A DNA stretch of 64,000 nucleotides from contig CM075988.1 of assembly GCA_038087875.1 (NCBI GenBank), forward strand, positions 16,990,001 through 17,054,000, in the 5' to 3' direction. This DNA is from Malacoraja senta. Lineage: Eukaryota. Under the pieces are notes generated by a model, which was not told the origin of the DNA, did not search any database, and saw nothing but the letters and a program-made list of their open reading frames with translations. Below, piece by piece: positions 38,295 to 52,487 of this stretch (positions are counted from its first letter, which is position 1; the number at the start of each line of letters is the position of its first letter). Made by a program: the position numbers and the translations under genes.

Positions 38295-38440
38295 GTGTAG
38301 GAAGGAACTGCATATGTTGGTTTAAACCGAAGATAGACACAAAAAGCTGGAGTAACTCCGGCAGCATCTCTGGAGAGAAGGAATGGGTGACGTCCAGAGA
38401 TGCTGCCTGTGCCGCTGAGTTACTCCAGCTTTTTGTGTCT
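38295..38440. mobile_element. Penelope-derived fold-back element, hammerhead centre deleted
   Basis: Inverted arms; 15-bp TSD atcaaagaggcataa at 38279-38293 and 38441-38455. Confidence 0.8.
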
Positions 38441-41400
38441 ATCAAAGAGGCATAATGTTCTTTTAAATGCCAATTTAATTCATTTGGTGTTATTCTTTCA
38501 GAGATATTCTCCTTGCCCTCCAATCGATCCTTCCTCTTCCTTGCCATGGACATCTTGATTTTTTCCTCTGTTCCAGTTCTGATGAAGTGTCCTGGACTTG
38601 AAATGTTAACTGTTTCTCTTACCCGTCATGTTTCCTGACCAGCTGAGTGTTTCCAGTATTTTCTGTGTTCATTCCTAATTAACTATAGTTTGCTCGTCAG
38701 CGTTTTTCTCCCAACTCCAATCATGCTCATCAGACGTTGAAGCTAACATTTCAACTGGCATGATAATTAGGGTCAGGGAGGCAAATATGTTCCACATTGG
38801 GGCAGAATCTAATGAAAAAGACATACTACTAAGCATATTTTGTCACACTTTTGCCTTAGGGAATTGCTGAAATTAGTAGTTTTTTTTCTTCTAATTTCAA
38901 ATCGAGCAATTGAATTAGAACACGTTCCAAAGCATTGCATAGCTTGTCTATTCTTGTTCCCTTCAGCAAAGTAGCTTCCAGGTTTCAGTAGCCATGTACA
39001 AGGATGAGCTTTGTATGTGATAACAAGGAGCTGCGGATCCTGGTTTATACCAAAAATGCACACACAATGCTGGAGTAACTCAGCAGTTCAGGTAACATCC
39101 CTGGAAAACATGGAACATCATGCTGAAAAAGGGTTCCAACCCATTGCTGCCTGACCTGCAGAGTTACTCCAGCATTTTGTGTCTACCTTTAAGCTTAATT
39201 TGTGTCGGGTGATGAAGATCTGAGGTCAAGTTTCACTCTGCAAAAGGCAAACAATGTCATAATGCAATTGATGTAAAACACAGCCACTTAGCATTTAAAT
39301 ACTTCCCTCAGGGAAGGTGCAATATTTCTCACAACAATAATAGGAGATTCTAGTTTTAAAGTAATGTTGAAAACTTAAATGAATCAGAATAGCAGGTGCT
39401 ATACAATTCATTTTCCGAGCAGAGCTGCAAATCTTGACTTAATTGTCAATTTAATTGGTAAATGTGAAAGGGGCTGTAATTAAAATGACTGAATTCAAGC
39501 TAAATTTGTTGAAGGCTGGTTTCATCTCTGCTGTTGGCATGCTGCCCGTAGGTCTATCCACCTCTCTTATTAACCCAGAAGTGTCTAGGAGCAGCAACAC
39601 TGTTGAAATTTTCAAGTGGCATTGACTGGTGAAAGTAAACCTCATGGTATATAAACTTAGGGCCGGAAAACCCCCAGCCTTTTTGCGGCAATGGAATGGG
39701 TCTTTTGTATCTCATGTGTTCTTGAAATGGCTATTTGGCCCATCAAGTCTGTGCTAGTCTTCACAGCAATGCCATGAATCTCAGTTCCCACTTCTTTCCC
39801 TGGAACCTATTCAACACAACTCTCACGAATCTCCGATCGCCCTTCTGGCAAAAGGTAATTATAGTCAATTATATTACCAACCAAAAATTCTTTGGGATTT
39901 GGGAGGAAATTACAGAAATTGGTGAGGTTACAAGGAGAACGTGGTAACTCCACACAGCACCAGAAGCCGGGATCGAACCTGGATTGCTGGAGCTGTGAAA
40001 CACTACCTGCTGCACCAGTGATGCTCTTTTTCCCTCCCCATGCGATACAAGTACCACAGCCTTACATCACAGGAGGAAGCTGTATTTCACTTCAAATATA
40101 CATTCGCGGTTAGATTTAAGGATAAACAGATAATTTCCTGTGAATAATGAAGTACATAATCAGGTATTGTTCACTTTATGCTCAAAACTCATTCTAAGAT
40201 TAGGCAGATTAAAGGATTAACGGTTATGTTAAAATGCGGGGGGACAGAAGAATTTAAAAGCTGAACAAAAGAAACTAAAAATATTTCAAAGTGGAATAAT
40301 ATCAAGAAACTAAGGGTTTTACACTAATATATATGCACGAAGAGTTTTGGACAAAAGGTACTACTAGTAAGTGAGCTGGTACTCGGACAAATTAAATGCC
40401 ACATTCTTCTCTATTTCCTCGTAAATTCCCAAATATGCATTTATGAAAACTGCATGTGCAGTTGTGCATCCAATTCAGTGTAGTAGCAGCAACACATGAA
40501 CACCATCCCTTCTTATAATGGGTATAGAAATATGGAATTCAAATGTACAAAAATATAAATAAAAATCTATCGCTGACTGGTGACTGAATTCTCATTCTTC
40601 TCTGAAGATTAAACTTGGGTTTGATTCATTGCGCGTATGACCACGAGAGCGACTGGAGGTTATGAAAAAAATACTGCTCTTAAAACAGACAAAGCATATC
40701 ATCAGAACAACATTCAGGGGTTAAAAGACAAGGAAATTAAAGTTGTGTTGTATGTATTCCTAAGCAGGAGATGCTGAAAGATTGAAAGCTGACAAGATAT
40801 TATACTGGTGGTTCTTTCGAAAGGTCATTCCTCAGGAGCGAGCTACTCAGATATCGGGATTTTCATCTTTTTAGTTTAGAGATACAGATCCTTCGGCACA
40901 CCGGGTCAATGCCGACCATCGATTACCCGAACACCTGTTCTATGTTATCCCACTTTTGCATCCTACACAGAGGGGGCATATTACAGAACCCAATTAACCT
41001 ACGAACCTACACATCTTTGAGATGAGTGAAGAAACCGGAGCACCCTAAGAAAATCTAACGCTATCACAGGGAGAACGTGCAAACTCCGCACAGACAACCC
41101 CCTTAGTCAGGATCGAAACCTGGTCTCTGGCGCTGTAAGGTGGCAACTCTACCGCTGTACCACTGTGCTGCCTGTGCTCGCCTCCCCAGCTGCTGTGAAA
41201 CCCTTCACCAAAGGAATAGAGATGAATTTTACCAGTCTTTTCAAAGATATTTAACATTACAGGCAAGATGATGAAAGTTATCCGTCTACATTTTCAGGTT
41301 TTATTGTCGTCTAGATTTTTAATCTTTGTCAAATTCTGTGGTGTTGAGAAAATACAAATCACAAAGTTAGGAAGTCCTGAATGGCAAAGCACACAGTGTT

Positions 41401-43356
41401 GGAGTAACCCAGTGAGTCAGGCAGCATCTGTAGAGAGAATAGATAGACAACGTTTCAAGTCAGGTCTCTTCTTCAGACTCAGTCGGGAGGGTCGCCAAAA
41501 TGTCGCCAGTCCATTCCCTCCACCGATGCTGCCTGACCTGTTGAGATACTCCAGCATGGTCCGTTTTGCTCAAGATCATCTGTAGTTCCTTATATCTCCA
41601 AGACCGATATAGCATTGTCTAATAAAGAAATAGTGGGTTAACATTTCATCATCACATATATACTATACAATAAATATGGTAAAGAAACAAATTCTGCTAA
41701 TTTTCTAGGCTTGGAATCAGGATGCATAGTCAGAGGCAGCAAAATTCAGAGAGTTTGCTTCCTTTCAGGAAACGGTGGGACAGTAACAATAAAGTTTAAG
41801 GGTGGCACAGGGAGGCAGCTGATAGAGCTGCTGTCTTACAGAGCCAGAGACCTGGGTTCGATCCTGACCTCGGGCACTGTCTGTGTGGAGTTTGTACATT
41901 CTCCCTGTGACCGCACAGGGATCCTCTGGGTGCTCCCGTTTCCTCCCAAATCCCAAGGGCGTGCGGGTTTGTAGGCTAACTGGACTCTTTAAAATGCTAA
42001 TAATGTGTTAGGAGGATGAGAAAGTGGGATATCATGGAACTGGTGAATGGTCGGTGAGGACTCGGTGGGCTGAAGGGCTTGTCTTGATGCTATATCTCTA
42101 AACGAAACTAAGATAAAATGCAATAAAGTAGAGAAAGAATGGTTGTTTAATTGAACTGTGGCGACATAGAAAAGCAATCAAGAGGTTATTGTAGATAAAT
42201 GCAAGAGAAAGTCAGTGTGGTGGGAGGCCATAATTAAAAAGCCACTGACTAATGGAGAGCACAGTAAAATCAGAAGTGTTTTTACTGTATGATGTATTAT
42301 TCTGATCTTATCTGTAATTTACTTTTGTAGTCTGAACACCTAAGCAGAGAGAATTTTGGTGATGTTGAAAATGTGTGAAGATAAAAAGCAGTTAAACTAA
42401 GCTTTGAGGGAAGATTAACTAAATGAGACCTTGATGAAAGACTTCAAAATAGCCCGCTGCAAGACATCATAATTAGGAAAGGGTTTGAGATAATTGATTC
42501 ATGCAAATTGTTCAGTCTGACCAGCGCTCCTGTAGCAAGGCCACAAAATAATTAGGACTAAGACAAGATGGCTGACAAAGATTTCTTGCAGAGTGAGAAA
42601 GTTACCAGCAAAACCTATGGAAGCAAACAACATAAACACTAAACGTTTGAGAGCCTATACATGCAAAGAGGATGACAATGTTACCTCACTCTCTTTAAAT
42701 GGCAGCATCATGATTTTAATATGCCTATAATTTTAGCATGATTTTTTTTTACCACATTAACTATATGCAAAATTCTAAAAGGATTAGATTTGTAACAAAA
42801 CATGATTCTGCAAAAGGAAGTGATTGGAGTACATAATTGTCTAATCTAAAAACTAATTAAAAATAGCATGTGTTAGATGTAAAGCTCTTAAACTTGCTTC
42901 ACAAAGGGAGAGCGTGACTTCAAGCATGGTGTTGGGGAAATATACAAAACATGTACAACAACCTGTCTGTCTGACATTATATAAATTGACAATGAAGCAC
43001 CAGGGGAATTAGTAAAACCTTTATGCTTCGTCCTGGAGGAATTGTAGACCTGACCAACATGACCCACTGACTTACAGACATCATTCCCCGAGCCATAGAT
43101 CGATACTTCTGGTTTCCCCGTTCACAATCAGGTTTATTTTTCAGAGCACTCTCAGCCGGCATCATTAAACACACACAAAAATCACACACAGAAGCCATTG
43201 AATTTGAAAATAAATAAAGCATTTTATGCACACTTTAATTAGTTATAGCTTTGGCTGAAAGCATGGTGAACTACACCAGAGCTTTTGGTATATTGCACAT
43301 AACATGCTAAAAAATAATTAGCTGGGTTACATAGAAAAATATTGGATAGAAAATAC

Positions 43357-43362
43357 TTTATT
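43357..43362 (-). terminator. Candidate CEP164 polyadenylation signal AATAAA (a second candidate lies at 43133-43138)
   Basis: tttatt on the plus strand ~150 nt downstream of the stop codon; no transcript evidence available. Confidence 0.45.
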
Positions 43363-43511
43363 GCTAACTATAACAGATTCAAGTTAAATGCTATTATAGT
43401 TTGTCAAATAGCACTTTTCAGAAGCCTAAGGCTGGTTTGCACAGCGCGTCACATTTTCACTGCACCCGTCTAAATATCAGTGAAGCTGCTATGAGAGGAG
43501 TCTTAAACGTT

Positions 43512-43608
43512 TCAGAATTGGTAGACTCGGATTTGGTTGTTTTCATCCAGTCCAAGCTGGATGAGACCTTCCATCAAGGGGGAGGAGTTTGCTGCTGCCA
43601 CCAGAGAC
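43512..43608 (-). CDS. CEP164: CEP164 terminal coding exon SLVAAANSSPLMEGLIQLGLDENNQIRVYQF*
   Basis: Matches the CEP164 C-terminus LLQLGLDEHNRVKVYRF*; TGA stop at 43512-43514; cag acceptor with a U12 branch point upstream. Confidence 0.93.
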
Positions 43609-46175
43609 CTGACGGTGTATGTCAAGGAAAATTAACAACTTTTCACATTTACACAAATCTTGTGGTGCACAAAATTACAGGAATGTCAATCTATAAACCA
43701 GTAACAGTCACTCAATGCCAGAGTCCATCATGGCCTAAAAGAGATGCCTGAGGCACGATGGGGTTCTGCATTAAAAAAAATATTTTTACCAAACCGACTC
43801 AAAATAACTTCTGATTGTACTGTGGCATCTTGTGTCACCCAAGAACCGCAGTTTCTTTTGTTCAGTCTGAAGATGGGGCCTGACCCAAAATGTTGCCTGT
43901 TCATTCCTTTTCACAGATGCTGCCTGACCCATTGAGTTCCTCCAGCACTTTGCATTTTGTTCTGAATGCACTATATTTACCACTTATACGATATCTATCA
44001 TGTACATTGGAGTCCAAACTAGAGACATTGTAATTGGAATTTAGAACATTTATATTCATCATTAATGGGACTATTATTAATAATGGGGCAATTAAAGCTT
44101 AAAACACTTTCAAATTCCCTTACCACCTTATATTAAGGCTACTGAAGCCATGACAAGAACGAAGGAAGGACTGAGGTAAGCAACACGAAGGAACTCAGCT
44201 GATAATTACTAAATAGTTGAATTGACTTGGGCTGTTTTTTTCCTCAGTGTTAATTCAACTACTTCTTGCCTCCTCTGAACCCTGTCTACTGATGATGTAA
44301 CTCGTCTGGTTCAATACAAACAAAAACAGGTGAAATATTTATTTTTAGAAGGCAGCACAGTGACAGATCTGCACCATCAAAAGCATGTGCCACCTGAATC
44401 AGGAAGGTCACTAGATGTGAGAAATTACTGTGGCAGTTATACTGAGGGCAGTTATACAGAGTCTCGAAAACTGTACAAGGCATGATAATAAAACGGTGTC
44501 TGGGGATGCTTAAAACATGTTTCCTTTTTGTTTTGTAGAATGACTCATTTGTTTTCTACCGGATAGGAGAGCGTAGAAAATTCACAATTTATTAATGAAT
44601 CTGCACTGGTGACGTAGAATGCCACATTTATAGTCGTCAAGGGACAGGTCTCCTCGGCCAATTGACTCCTGTTGGTTCTTGACTCAGGGATATTTCAAAG
44701 AGATTCATATCATTATGATAATGTTTATCCCAAAAATATTTAACTTAAAAATTACCTCGTCTATCCCATTGTTTAAGAAGGAACTGCAGATGCTGGAAAA
44801 TCGAAGGTAGACAAAAAAGCTAAGGAGTGAAGGAAAACGGCGACATTTTGGGTCGAGACCTGAAACGTCGCCTTTTTCCTTCGCTCCATAGATGCTGCCT
44901 CACCCGCTAAGTTTCTCCAACTTTTTCGTCTATCCCTTTGGTACTTCTTGACTTGAGGATTGGAATGTGCTCTGGGCTGGCCTTCTTAATTTTGTACCCC
45001 CACATCAAGATATCATCTTAATTTTGCTCTGTTGGAAAGCATTTCTTTTTTGTTTCCCTCCTCAACACGACTAATTCACAATTCCCCTTGAACTTTACCA
45101 AGGCAAAATTGTTTTCCAATTGAAAGACACAACATAGGGACCGGTTCTTAGGCACAGAGTCCACACCGACCATCGATCACCTGTTCATACCATTTCAATG
45201 TTATCCCACTTTTGCATCTACTACTTACACACTAGCGGCAATTTACAGAGGCCAATTAAACTAAACAGCCACATATCTTTGGGATGTGGGAGGAAACTAG
45301 CGCACCCGGAAGAAACTCAGACAATCAGAGGGAGAACATGCAAACTCCACATAGACAGGTTCGAACCCAGCTCTCTGGTGTTGTGAGGCTTTACCAGTTG
45401 CACCACTGTTGTTCCCAGTTCATCAAATTAACCAGCTATGGGTAGACTGTGCCTATTTGGACAAATCTGAACAAGTTCAAATAAAGCCAAGGATAACAAC
45501 AAGCAAAAAGTAACTACACAAGTAAAAGATTCATTTCACGAGGCAGTATGTATTGCACCTTGGCTCTGGAACGTGCAATGTTTAGAATATAAATATATTT
45601 TTTAAATGTTATACTCTGCAATTCCATCTCAGTTATCAAACCCTCAGTCTTCTGGGGATAATCTTTGACATAGAAACATTTCTATGATCCATGGATTAAC
45701 TCAGTAACTGGCTTCTTCTCTTCTGAAGCTACATCTGCTGCAGTCCGGCTACAACAGAAATACAAGATCCATTTCATGACTGTAGAACCCACTTTTGCTT
45801 CATCATAACCAGCCAGAAACAACTTTCTTTAGTTTTCCCTTTCCTTTACTGACCTGTTCTGAAGACAAGGTTTGTATTTAACATTAGTAATTTTTGATTT
45901 AAGAACCTCCGTCACCTTTCAAATGATTTTGAAAAAAATCCCAAAATGTGCAGCTTTGTGGGGTGATTGGCTACTGTAAATTGTCCCAAGTGTCCCGAGA
46001 GAGCAGGATAATGTAGAATTTGTGTGAACGAGAGATTGATGGTCAGTGTGGACTCGGTGGTCTGAAGGGCCTATTTCCATGCTGTAGATAACAATGATTT
46101 ATGTGATAAATAAAAACCATCAGGAGACATCTTGAACAGTGTTTAAAAATGATTTCTGGATCGTTTAAAGGATAC
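43609..46175 (-). other. U12-type (minor spliceosome) GT-AG intron, last intron of CEP164
   Basis: 5' splice site GTATCCTTT (46175-46167); branch site TTCCTTGAC (43629-43621), branch A 13 nt from the intron end; no long polypyrimidine tract. Confidence 0.88.
44772..44926. mobile_element. Penelope-derived fold-back element inside the CEP164 U12 intron
   Basis: Inverted arms around gggtcgagacctgaaacgtc; TSD cgtctatccc(a/t)ttg. Confidence 0.75.
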
Positions 46176-46298
46176 ATTTTTGGGTCTTTTCTGAACGTTT
46201 CCAACCACTTTTTATTAGCTGCAATTACTTCTTGAATAGAAAGACCATTCTTTTGTGACATTTTAGAGTGGGACTGATGGAACAACTTCACCTGGTCG
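46176..46298 (-). CDS. CEP164: CEP164 penultimate coding exon DQVKLFHQSHSKMSQKNGLSIQEVIAANKKWLETFRKDPK
   Basis: Matches CEP164 EQLRLLQHSHS...QGIIEANRRWLERVKNDP; tgtctcag acceptor; donor is U12-type GTATCCTTT; 123 nt. Confidence 0.92.
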
Positions 46299-46439
46299 CT
46301 GAGACAAAAAACATTCATTAGATCAATGTCAACAAAATGGTAATTTAAAATCAATACAAAGCCTAAAATGTAGGTTGCAGAGGTAGAGCTCATCATGTAG
46401 TCAGCAACCAAAAATATATCAAACAATCTAGGTGTGAGG

Positions 46440-46881
46440 GTGTGAGCTGCAGGGAGAGGTTGGGTATACTGGGTCTCTATTCAATGGAGCGCAGTAGGAT
46501 GAGGGGGAATCTTATAGAGGTCTACAAAATCATGAGAGGAATAGATTGGGTAGATGCACAGACTCTCTTGCCCAGAGTAGGGGAATCGAGGACCAGAGGA
46601 CATAGGTTGAAGGTCAAGGGGAAAATGTTTAATAGGAATCCGTGGGGTGACTTTTTCACACATAGGGTGGTAGGTGTGTGGAACAAGCTGCCAGAGGAGG
46701 TAGTTGAGGCTGGGACTATCCCGTCGATTAAGAAACAGACAGGTACATGAATAGGACAAGGTTTGGAGGGATATGGACCATGTGCGGGCAAGTGGGAACT
46801 GGTGTAGCTGGGACAATGTTGGCCGGTGTGGGCAAGTTGGGCCGAAGGGCCTGTTTTCACACTGTATCACTCTATGACTCT
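46440..46881 (+). mobile_element. CR1/HER1 3' fragment
   Basis: ORF 46442-46750; ctctatgactct tail. Confidence 0.88.
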
Positions 46882-46939
46882 AATCTACTGCGCACTGAAA
46901 CTGATAGTGAATCTGTATGCCCAAACCCCTATAGGCTAT

Positions 46940-48851
46940 AGGGCTATAGAAGACTATAGGCTCAAATTAGAACGACAGCTGCAGCAAGATGGGGTGAAGC
47001 AGGTATGGGCTGGAATGCGAAAGATCACGGGCATGAAGCAGAAGGGTGGTACACTGCCTGATGGTGAACAGAGTCTGGCTGATGATCTCAACAGATTTTT
47101 CAACAGATTTGACTGCCCCACACCACCCCAGCCTCCACCACCTGGTCTGCTGACCATTGCTGCTTCCTCTCCACTTCCTCTCCCTCTCTCCATCATCCCC
47201 ATCACTCCTGAGATGTCACCTGTACGGAGTCCCCTCTTTCCACCTCCCACTCCACCAGCAGCTCCACCTATGACTCTTCATACTGCTCAGGTCAAGATGA
47301 TGCTGGACAGACTGAAGCCAGGGAAAGCAGTGGGGCCTGATGACACCAGCCCAAGGCTACTGAAGACCTGCTCTTTAGAGCTGTGTGGTATTCTAACACA
47401 CCTGTTCAACCTGAGCTTGCGTCTACAGAAGGTTCCAAGGCTGTGGAAAACATCTTGCCTGGTACCTGTCCCAAAGAAGACCCATCCCACTCACCACAAT
47501 GACTACAGACCAGTAGCGTCACTTCACATATTATGAAGACATTTGAGAGACTTGTCCTTTCCTATATCAGGACTAGTGTGTCAAATCAAATGGATCCTTT
47601 ACAGTTTGCATATCAGCCTAACATCAGTGTCGATGATGCCCTCATTTACATGCTGCAGAGGGTGTACACACATTTGGACACTACTGATGCATCTGTAAGG
47701 ATTACATTTTTTGACTTTTCAAGCGCCTTCAACACAATTCAGCCCCGATTGCTAGGGGAGAAGATGGAGAAGATGAAAGTGGATCCATCACTGGTACTGT
47801 GGTGTTTGGATTACCTTTCCCTCAGACCACAGTACGTGCGCCTACATAACAACAATGTCTCAAGCACCATCTTGAGCAGCACAGGGGCTCCACAAGGAAC
47901 TGTGCTGGCTCCATTCCTGTTTACCATCTACACAGCGGATCTCCGATATAACACCAACAGCTGCTTTTTGCAGAAGTTTTCGGATGACACAGCTGTTGTC
48001 GGCCTCATTAAAGGGGGCAATGAGGAGGAGTACAGAGACATAATAAGTAACTTTGTGGAGTGGAGTGCACTCAATAACCTCCATCTTAACACCACAAAAA
48101 CCAAGGAGATAGTTGTGGACTTCAGGAGGGGGAGGAGGATGACTCAAGCAACACCAATCACCATTAAGGGCACTGAGGTGTAGGTGGTCGCTAACCACAG
48201 GTACCTTGGTGTGCAGCTTGACAGGGAGCTGGACTGGAAGTGTCATATGGAGGCGGTGTACAGGAAGGGACAAAGCCGACTGTATTTTTTAAGGAGGCTG
48301 AGGGCATTTAACATCTGCCAACCCCTACTGTGCAGTGTCTACCATTCAGTGGTGGCCAGTGCTCTGTTTTTTGCGGTGGCCTGTTGGGGAGATGGCGCTC
48401 GCATAGCGGACAAAAACAGACTGGACAAACTGATCAGGAAGGCCGGCTCAGTGGTCGGGGCTGAGCAACGAACGGTCCAGCAGGTGGCAGAGGCCAGATC
48501 TCTGAAAAAACTGGGTTCTATAATGACCAACCCCACTCACCCACTCCATGCCCTGAAGGTGATCAAGAGCAGCAGCTTCAGTCAGAGACTGATTGCACCA
48601 ATGTGCAAAACGGAGAGACATAGGAAGTCCTGTTTACCAGCTGCGATAAGATTATACAATGCGCATAAATAACTGCACTTTTTAAAAATTAATTGTATTT
48701 TAACTTGTATTTTAACTTGTATTTTAACTTGTTAAGTATGGAAGCTATTTGTGGTGTTATGTATGTCTTGAAGCTGTCGTGGCATTGTAATTTCCTGCAA
48801 AGGATTATTAAAGGTATATCTTAATCTTAATCTTAATCTTAATCTTAATCT
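46940..48851 (+). mobile_element. Rex1/Babar-type LINE, 5'-truncated; RT pseudogene with one frameshift and one stop
   Basis: RT motifs DYRPVA, FFDFSSAFNTI, GAPQGTVLAPFLF, KFSDD, YLGV, RLYFLRRL; 1-nt deletion at ~47520; TAG at 48181; (TCTTAA)n tail. Confidence 0.9.
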
Positions 48852-49676
48852 ATTGTGTGTGCATGATATTCAGCCAACTATACCTGCATGTACAGATATA
48901 CATATGCATAAAACTGTTAATAAATGCAGTGAACATCAATCTACAGACTTGAAATGAATCTTGAAATATGGATTATACTGCAAAGATAAATATACACTGG
49001 CCAATTCATATAGTACACTCTAGATCTTAATAGATAATATAGCACTGAAATATGGCATCACTCACTATCCTATATATTTCTTCGATGGTTAGTTGTTTTA
49101 GTGCCTGAAAATTTTGAGCAGCAGCCAACAATCTGAAGAGCACGTGCAGATCCTGAGATGTACAAAAACCTTGTTTCCTTCAGCTACTCCTTCTCACTAT
49201 GTTTTTATTGGCAACATCCTTGGAAAATTATCACTCAAAGGAAACAAAACTGAAAAGAAACTTCACTCTTGAAAAACAAAACAATTTCAGATTTTTTTTT
49301 GTGCAGCTGATATTTTGCACGTGGAACATTAATTAAATCTGCATGTTTGCATAGTGTAATGTTACTGGGAAAGGACTGTTTGCATATCACCTGGGCTGTC
49401 TGAGAACCAGGATGCTGCAATATTTGCTTCACAAGCAGTCAGACGACAGGAGATATTCAAATGTTTTGTTTTACTGAGAATGGAGCTTACTGTACATTAG
49501 AGAACACAGCCGTTATGCAAATTTGATTCTTCACAGGAATAAGCACAAGAGAAGTCTGTCCATTTTGACATCAAGTGACAAGGAGGAGAGGATGTTGGTA
49601 GCATGCTCAGGTGTTGAACAAACATGACAATATTGGAATGGAGGTTTCACATGACATTACCTCATCTGCTGGTGAT

Positions 49677-50516
49677 GAGTGATGAGTCAGAGTATAGAAG
49701 AGAGATCGAGCAACTGTCCATATGGTGCCAGCACAACAACCTGGCCCTCAACACCAGCAAAACCAAGGAACTGATTGTGGACTTTGGAAGGAGTAGGATG
49801 GGGACCCACAGTCCCGTTTATATCAACGGGTCGATGGTTGAAAGGGTCAAGAGCTTCAAATTCCTGGGCGTGCACATCTCTGAAGATCTTTCCTGGTCCG
49901 AGAACTATGATGCCATTATTAAGAAAGCACATCAGCGCCTCTACTTCCTGAGAAGATTACGGAGAGTCGGTTTGTCAAGGAGGACTCTCTCTAACTTCTA
50001 CAGGTTCACAGTAGAGAGCATGCTGACCGGTTGCATCGTGGCTTGGTTCGGCAACTTGAGTGCCCTGGAGAGGAAAAGACTACAAAAAGTAGTAAACACT
50101 GCCCAGTCCATCATCGGCTCTGACCTCCCTTCCATCGAGGGGATCTACCACAGTCGCTGCCTCAAAAAGGCTGGCAGCATCATCAAGGACCCACACCATC
50201 CTGGCCACACACTCATCTCCCTACTACCTTCAGGTAGAAGGTACAGGAGCCTGAAGACTGCAACGACCAGGTTCAGGAACAGCTACTTCCCCACAGCCAT
50301 CAGGCTATTAAACCTGGCTTGGACATAACACTGAACTTTACTAGCCACTACTGTTATTTGCACGTTATCAGTATATTGACCATTGTGTATATATTTATAG
50401 AATGCCTTGTAGTAAATGCCTACTATGTTCTGTTGTGCTCAAGCAAAGCAAGAATTTCATTGTCCTACCAGGGACACATGACAATAAACTCACTTGACTT
50501 GACTTGACTTGACTTG
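49677..50516 (+). mobile_element. Rex1/Babar-type LINE 3' part, same family as 20456-21566
   Basis: Open ORF to 50328, near-identical to 20656-21330; (CTTGA)n tail. Confidence 0.9.
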
Positions 50517-51384
50517 CTACCGGATGAACATTTATATGGGAGAAGCTTATCTGGCTTGGGTTCAAAAGGCAACAACCTTTCTTATGGCCTATTAGTTTAG
50601 TTTAGATACAGTGTGAAAACAGGCCCTTCCTCCCACCGAGTCCACACCGACCATTGATCACCCCTGCACTAGTTCTATGTTATTCTACTTTTGCACCCGA
50701 CATGCTAGGGGCAATCTGCTGAAACTAATGAACCAACACGTCTTTGGGATGTGGGAGGAAACTGGAGCACCCGGAGAAAACCCACGCAGTCACAGGGAGA
50801 AATTACAATCACTGCACAGACAGCACCTGGGATTGAACCCAGGTCGAATTGATGTGCAACATCCATCCACACATCCTCTAATGCAAACTCAATGTTAAAG
50901 ATTACTCCATGTAGAATTAGTTTTGTTTAAAAGATTTATTTCTCATTTTGATGGGGAAAATTCCACTATGACCACTAACAAAAGAACATTAAAGTCTAAT
51001 TGTTTAGTAATGAACCATGATTTTAAAACTCTGGGATTCTCCAGCAGTTTAATCTATTTGCCTGGATTCTGTGAGCTCTGGTCCATTGACAAATTTGACG
51101 TTAGTTCAATAGAATGTTTCAGCATAATGGAAGAAGAAAGATATAGCACATAAACACAACATCTGGAGAAGTCCAGAAAAAGGAGAAACTTGAGAATTAA
51201 GATAGTCACCAAGTGCTGGAGTAACTCAGCAGGTCAGGCAGCATCTCTCGAGAAAAAGGATGAGTGATGTTTCAGGTCGGGACCCTTCTTCAGAAATATC
51301 TCTTTTCTCCAGAGATACTGCCAGACCCGCTGAGTTATTCCTGCACTTTGCGCTATCTTCTTGTCATTGTTGCTTTTCTCTACC

Positions 51385-52321
51385 TCAACTGTATGAGAAC
51401 ATACAGGGCAAGATTAGCAAATTTACTGAGGATACAAATGTGAGTGGTTTTGCAGATAGTGAAGATGGTTGTGAAAGATTGCAGCAGGATCTGGATCGAT
51501 TGGCCAGGTGGGTTGATGGAGTTTAATACAGAAAAGTGCGAGGTGTTGCATTTTGAGAAGTCTAACAAGGGCAGGACCTACACTGTAAATGGTAGGTCTC
51601 TGGGGAATGTTGCAGAGCAGAGAGATCTAGGAGTACAGGTACATGGTTCCTTGAAGGTCGAGTCGCAGGTGATAGGTAAGGTGGTCAAAAAGGCTTTTGG
51701 CACATTGGCCTTCATCAGTCAGAGTATTGAGTAAAAAAGTTGGGAGGTCATGTTGCAGTTGTATAAGACGTTGGCGAGACCGCATTTAGAATATTGTGTT
51801 TAGATCTGGGCACCACGTTATAGGAAAGATATTTTCAAGCTTGAAAGGATCCAGAAAGGATTTACGCGGATATTGCCTGGACTAGAGGGTGGAGAGGTTG
51901 AGTCTGCTGGGTCTCTATTCCTTGGAGTGCAGGAGGATGAGGGGTGATCTTATAGAGGTGTACAAAATCATGAGAGGAATAGATCGGGTAGATGCACAGA
52001 GTCTCTTGCCCAAAGTTGGGAATTTAGGACCAGAGGACATAGGTTCATGGTGAAGGGGAAAAGATTTAATAGGAAATCGAGGGGTAACATTTTCACACAA
52101 AGGGTGGTGGGTGTATGGAACAAGCTGCCAGAGGAGGTTGTTGAGGTTGGGACTATCCCATTGTTTAAGAAGCCGTTAGATAGGTACATGGATAGGACAG
52201 GTTTGGAGGGATATGGACCAAACGCAGGCAGGTTGTACTCGTGTAGCTGGGATATTGTTGGCCGGTGGGGGCAAGTTGGGTCGAAAGGCCTGTTTCCACA
52301 CTGTATCACTCTATGACTCTA
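51385..52321 (+). mobile_element. CR1/HER1 3' fragment
   Basis: ISKF.EDT, KCEVLHF, RDLGVQV and WNKLP motifs; tail. Confidence 0.9.
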
Positions 52322-52487
52322 ACAGTATTCTTTTGACCAAAACTGGAAAATTAATCTAGTCCAACCCAATTCCCATAGTAAAATTCTACACAATTGAACT
52401 GACATACAAAGGCAAAAGAAAATCATCACAATGATAATTATGTGATAACTACTTTGGCAAAACAATCTCCCAACGTAACGGTTGTAC

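Noticed and set aside
1..43400. DSCAML1 3' exons expected from human synteny
   Set aside because: I found no DSCAML1-like peptide (e.g. the SKSYTLV* terminus) by eye; small exons could have been missed.
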